NCBI GenBank assembly: GCA_003971905.1
Contig: RSEE01000091.1
Location: forward strand, 124,001-188,000
Origin: Moniliella sp. 'wahieum'
Lineage: Eukaryota
DNA length: 64,000 nucleotides
Reading direction: 5' to 3'
In this document: positions 59,871-64,000 of the stretch, piece by piece
Position numbering within the stretch: position 1 is the first letter of the stretch
Layout: the number at the start of each line of letters is the position of its first letter
Position numbers and translations under genes: made by a program
Notes under the pieces: model-generated
Told to the model about the DNA's origin: nothing
The model's database searches: none
Seen by the model: only the letters and a program-made list of their open reading frames with translations

Positions 59871-62428
59871 TCACAGCGCCGGGTCGTGGTATCCGGCCAC
59901 GAGACAGAGGTTCCTTGGAGTAAACCGTACATCGACCATGGCAGTTTGTTTGGTGAACCAGGTGGCAAGACAGTCGGCCGACGACGTCTTGACCCACATC
60001 TTGGCGGGTGCACTTTCGCCCGCGCCAAGCGCTTCGGCAAGCGCACCCGGTCGTCCTCCTTCCTCTGCCACTGTGCTCCGTTTCCCCCCAGCGGACAACA
60101 CATCCCAACACCGTACCGTCCCATCCCCAGCGGCCGAGACGAGGAGCGCACCATCGCGACTAAAGTCCATCGCATGTACACTTGCCGTATGGCCCCACAT
60201 GGTCTTGATCCTCCGTCCAGACCCCAAATCCCAAATCGAGATGGCGGTATCTTCCCCGGCCACGGCGTCGCCGCCCGCTGCTCGCCAGAACCCATCGCCC
60301 CAGCCAGCCGAGGCCAAGAACCGGCCGTCAGGCGAAATTTTAACGCAGGCCACGCCGCTTGTGTGGCCAACAAATAGTCGCACCCCCGTGCCCCTCTGCA
60401 CATCCCACAGTCGACAAGTCCGATCCGACGATCCCGTTGCCAAGTACAACGAGTTGGGATGAAAATCGAGACAGTCCACATCGCTCCCATGGCCAGCGTA
60501 GATGCGCAATGGGTTGATCCGTTCCGTCGACCCAGCCGCGCTGTCCGGTCGGCCGAGGCAGTAGCAAGTACATGCCCAACGGACCCCACTTGGCCTGCCA
60601 AACGGGTAACTCGTGCCCGCGGTACACTACTGTGGCCGAGTACGTGTCCAAGTTCCACAATCGGGCTGTACCGTCGGCCGAGCCCGAGAGGAGATAGTGA
60701 GGAGCACTGGCCGAACCCGACAGGGGATCAAAGTCCACACTGTACACAGGTCCGGAATGACCAATCAACTTACGCGTTGCCCGTCCCGGCGCACGGTGAG
60801 CTCGCAGCGACTTGCTGTCTCGTACTTGGCTCAACTCAAAGTCGGACTGCAACGGGCGCAACGCTTCCCCCTTGAGCGACCACAGTTGCACGTAACTCTC
60901 CTCAAACCCGGCCGCCATCACGTAGCGTCATAGGAAAATGTCGAGCACGTTAGACCGTCGTCCGCGTCAAAGTAAGTGTACACACACGCTCGGGAGCGCC
61001 ACGCTTCCCATTGGACCTTCCTCTGACTCTGGCTGTGCGGACGGGGTGAACCGCAGTGCTTTCCGCGCATCCAGCACCTTGGCCACTTCGCGGTTCACAT
61101 CTGCTACCCTGTACCCTGTGGCAGCGGCAGCAGGTCCGCCACACTCGCACCTTCCACCCCTGACTCGTAGCGGGGGCCGTGTTGAGGGATACCTCGCTCG
61201 GTTCGGTTGGCGGCACGGGTTCTTTCTTTTCGTCTGTGACCGTCTCGTCGGTGGGAGGGAAGCTTGTTGTTCCTTGCCATCCAGTCGGAGATCAGCAATT
61301 CTTTTGGACTTCTTCCTTGAGCCGATCGGGCAAAGGCACGAGCGGATGCAATTTCAAACGCGGTCGCGCATTCACGTCCTTCACCACGTCGCGCTCTGTC
61401 GAAGCAAGTGGCGCCTTGCCCAAGCTCGCAGCCGGCACTGGGAACCCCATCAGCCCCGTTCCTTCGAGTAGCTGCGACGGCGCTACCTCCCACGGTTCCT
61501 GGTCGAGCAACTCGATCCGTGTGCGGTCATTGAGCGTGCGCAGTACTTGCGCACGAGCACGGTGCTGCACGTCGGGGGCGAGTTCAGCCTGGGCCGGTCC
61601 GAGGTCCAGGTAGCAGGCTGCATTGACGCGGCAATCGGACCCATGCCATCGGTCAACCAAGATAGGAGGAGAGAAAACGTGCTGCGGGTCAACTTGAGCA
61701 CATAACGTTCGCTTGGAACTGCAGTGCCACCTGGCCATTGGACGCGGTGCTCGTCGAGGAGAACGTGGCATCAGGCGGAAGCAGGTGCTGGGGCAGCGTA
61801 GCTGCCCGGAGGGGCGGGAGCAACGCGCTAGCCGCCCCGCCAGTTGCGATCAATGACGCAGCATGTCGATCGTAAAAGGCGCGTGCGGCATCGGATTGGG
61901 CGCGACGGACCAGGTCGAGGTAGGCATGAGCAAACACAGGGACCAAAACCGGGCGCAGCTCGGGCTGGTACACGTCCAGACTACCTTGCACCCAGCGCAG
62001 CAGCTCAGAAAACCCACGAGCAGAATCGGTTGGGTCTCGCGCCAGAGCTTCCGCCGCGCGCTTCTCGGCCGGGTGAGGATGCTGGAGGGGGGACCGGCCT
62101 GCGACGCGGGGGCACGCGGCGCGTTGTTGCTGGCAAGGGTGGGGGCCGGCACGGGGGCAGGCGCAGTGACAGGCGCAGGGGCCGGTACAGGCGCAGATGC
62201 GCGTCCTGCCCGCTGGTTCAGCTCGGAGGAGAAGGCGGAAATGACCTTGTCAAAGCCCTTGCGGCGGAGGTAGGAGATGATGGCGCTGTTCGCCTCGTCT
62301 TCGCTCATGTCTGGCCGCGCTTGGTGGGGCTGGGGCTGAGGCTGGGAAGGGGGTTGGGAAGAAGAAGGCGGCTGGGCCTTGGGCAGGTGGGAAGCGGCGG
62401 CGGCGGGGACGCCATTGCCTTCGCCCAT
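59871..62428 (-). CDS. TAF5: TFIID/SAGA subunit Taf5 (LisH-like, NTD2, WD40)
   Basis: AIISYLRRKGF; SLDVYQPELRPVLVPVFAHAYLDLV; AAGFEESYVQLWSLKG; KLIGHSGPVYSVDF; LLSGSADGTARLWNLDT; RIYAGHGSDVDCLDFHPNSLYLATGSSDRTCRLWDVQRG; FTPRNLCLVAG. Confidence 0.93.
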
Positions 62429-62611
62429 CGTGCGCGACACGTCGATGGTGGAGGATGGCCAATGGCGGTTATAGCACCACCAGGCGCGAAGGCGGCCGAC
62501 TGCCATCTCAGATCTCACTCTTCAAATTCAACCCGCGACGAAGCGGGGGCACCAATTCCGCATCCATTCCGCCCGCGGGATGGAAACTTGAAAATAAGAG
62601 AGACCGGCGCC

Positions 62612-63434
62612 ATCCTTTCAAGCTAACTATAAACCGCTGCGCCGACGCACAGACGGACCAATTAGGAGGTTAGGAAAGATGAGCACGATGTGCGTACGGA
62701 TAATTGCGGCGTTTGGGGCCCCTTCCATGTTCGGCTGCAATGGATGACCGTATCTTTGAAAATATCCTTGATTCTCACACTAATATATCGTAGTACACTA
62801 TATTACTGGGGATAGAGTTGGCATCTGTGCTTCGATGAGAGGGCTGCGAAATGTAGTGCTTTATATTCGGAAATAACCAGATCGCCGCGTTCACAAAGGG
62901 GGCGGAGCGACGGGAGAACCTCGAGCTGTGGCGGTGGTTCCTTCTACCCTCTATTTACAGATTGAAGTGATGAGACCTGTAGAATCCCGATGGCCGTCGA
63001 TGGTGATGCGCAATCGCACTGATGGTGGAGGTGGTTAGATTAAATTTCAAAGGCAACCAGCAACGCCTAGAACATCAAGCAGTGAGTCGCCACCAGGGGC
63101 TAAGCTGCGGAACAAGGAAACCAGAGAGAGAAAACAACGGAACTCCTAGGCCTGAGGAGGAACTGAAGCGACGTTGGCCAAAGCACGAGCCACCTGACGG
63201 CTCAAAATGAGGGACACCTGGCTTCAGTATATATCGCAACAGACGTGCGGACTCTCTTATACAATCCACAACTAAATATGAGTTGAAACCCGCGGGAATG
63301 CATATAGCTGTTGTGTGCGCCACACTCGCGGTATATATATCGGGACGGCCGCAGTGTCCTCGATGCTTTGGAGAATCCCCCCAATCCCTGCAAACACACC
63401 TCCGACCCTCTCGGCTATACCACCATCAACTTCG
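62612..63434 (+). repeat. Duplicated upstream region of F-box copy 3 (inverted relative to 39018-39851)
   Basis: Colinear high similarity to the reverse complement of 39018-39851. Confidence 0.9.
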
Positions 63435-64000
63435 ATGCTCGACCGCTTTCCCTTTGAGATCCTTCTGCAAATCGCCACCAGCGGCCACCTTGCACCTCGT
63501 GAACTCATCCACCTGTCGTGGACTTGCCAAGGTACTCATACCTCCCTCCTGCATGTGCAACCCCAAGCATCGCCCTATGCTAGGAACCGGCGTCTGTAGT
63601 CTCCAACAGGCCTCGATGTTGGATCCGCTAACTCGCTGTGCTCATCCCAGGCCTCCATGCTATTTTGCAAGACGAAACGCTGTGGCACCATGTCGCTTTA
63701 CTTCTTCTCCATCTTCCATCCATGGCCACCCTCTCCCTCAGGCCGCCTATCAGTGGGGCGGTTTGAGGTTGCACCGCGCACGTGGCAGGGACTGCTTGTT
63801 GCTTGTGAGATGCTGGAGGAAGAGTTTGGGTGGACCATGACCGGAACCTCTCTGCTCACCAAGCAGACCATCCCCCTCCCCAGCCGAAGACTAGGGATTC
63901 ATTGTTTTGGCGACGACGCCCTCGGGAAACAAACCCCGATCCTTCTCCACCCCCGCATCTTACTACGGTTCTCCCTCATGCCCAGTGCGATACAATGGTT
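63435..64000 (+). CDS. F-box protein, lineage-specific family, copy 3 (runs off the window end)
   Basis: MLDRFPFEILLQIATSGHLAPRELIHLSWTCQ, conserved intron, GLHAILQDETLWHHVALLLLHLP; near-identical to copy 2 downstream. Confidence 0.8.

Noticed and set aside
3707..62428. Pervasive frameshifts suggesting mass pseudogenisation or programmed frameshifting
   Set aside because: They hit essential genes (TAF5, RRP4, BFR2, TRS120, RPL40), often at homopolymer runs, while motifs stay intact. This is the typical signature of long-read indel error. As a consequence, functional versus pseudogene status of F-box copies 1-3 cannot be judged.
63022..63210. Conserved upstream peptide GTPRPEEELxRRWPKHEPPDGS, also in 39246-39449
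   Set aside because: Explained by the recent DNA duplication. The N-terminal parts and starts differ between copies, so there is no independent evidence of coding.

Overview
Eukaryotic fungal genomic DNA with GC-rich coding regions and short GT-AG introns carrying CTAAC/CTGAC branch sites. Gene content suggests a basidiomycete, probably Ustilaginomycotina-like (inference). Nearly every long gene, including essential ones, is broken by 1-bp frameshifts, many at homopolymer runs. This points to an unpolished long-read assembly, so gene models were stitched by eye across frames and boundaries are approximate. Recognisable genes: NTA1-like amidase, SPX-RING ligase, SNG1/DUF3533 protein, PRM10/ThrE protein, TOM20, BFR2, RRP4, kinesin-14 (KAR3-like), a bacterial-type nitronate monooxygenase/FabK-like flavoenzyme, an alpha/beta hydrolase, an SMG1-type secreted lipase, a 4CL-like acyl-CoA ligase, a HxxxD acyltransferase, TRS120, TAF5, and two intron-containing tRNAs (Arg-CCG, Lys-CTT). 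Most notable: (1) a ubiquitin-eL40 fusion whose ubiquitin moiety is strongly non-canonical (about 58% identical, tail SLSLLGG instead of VLRLRGG). (2) It sits between convergent members of a locally expanding F-box family, which has four copies in alternating orientation; two share about 800 bp of upstream DNA. (3) An adjacent acyl-CoA ligase and acyltransferase both end in the peroxisomal signal AKL, and the acyltransferase also has a mitochondrial-type presequence. (4) An apparently intronless, bacterial-looking nitronate monooxygenase is a horizontal-transfer candidate. (5) A degenerate dispersed repeat occurs at about 35.0 and 50.0 kb.
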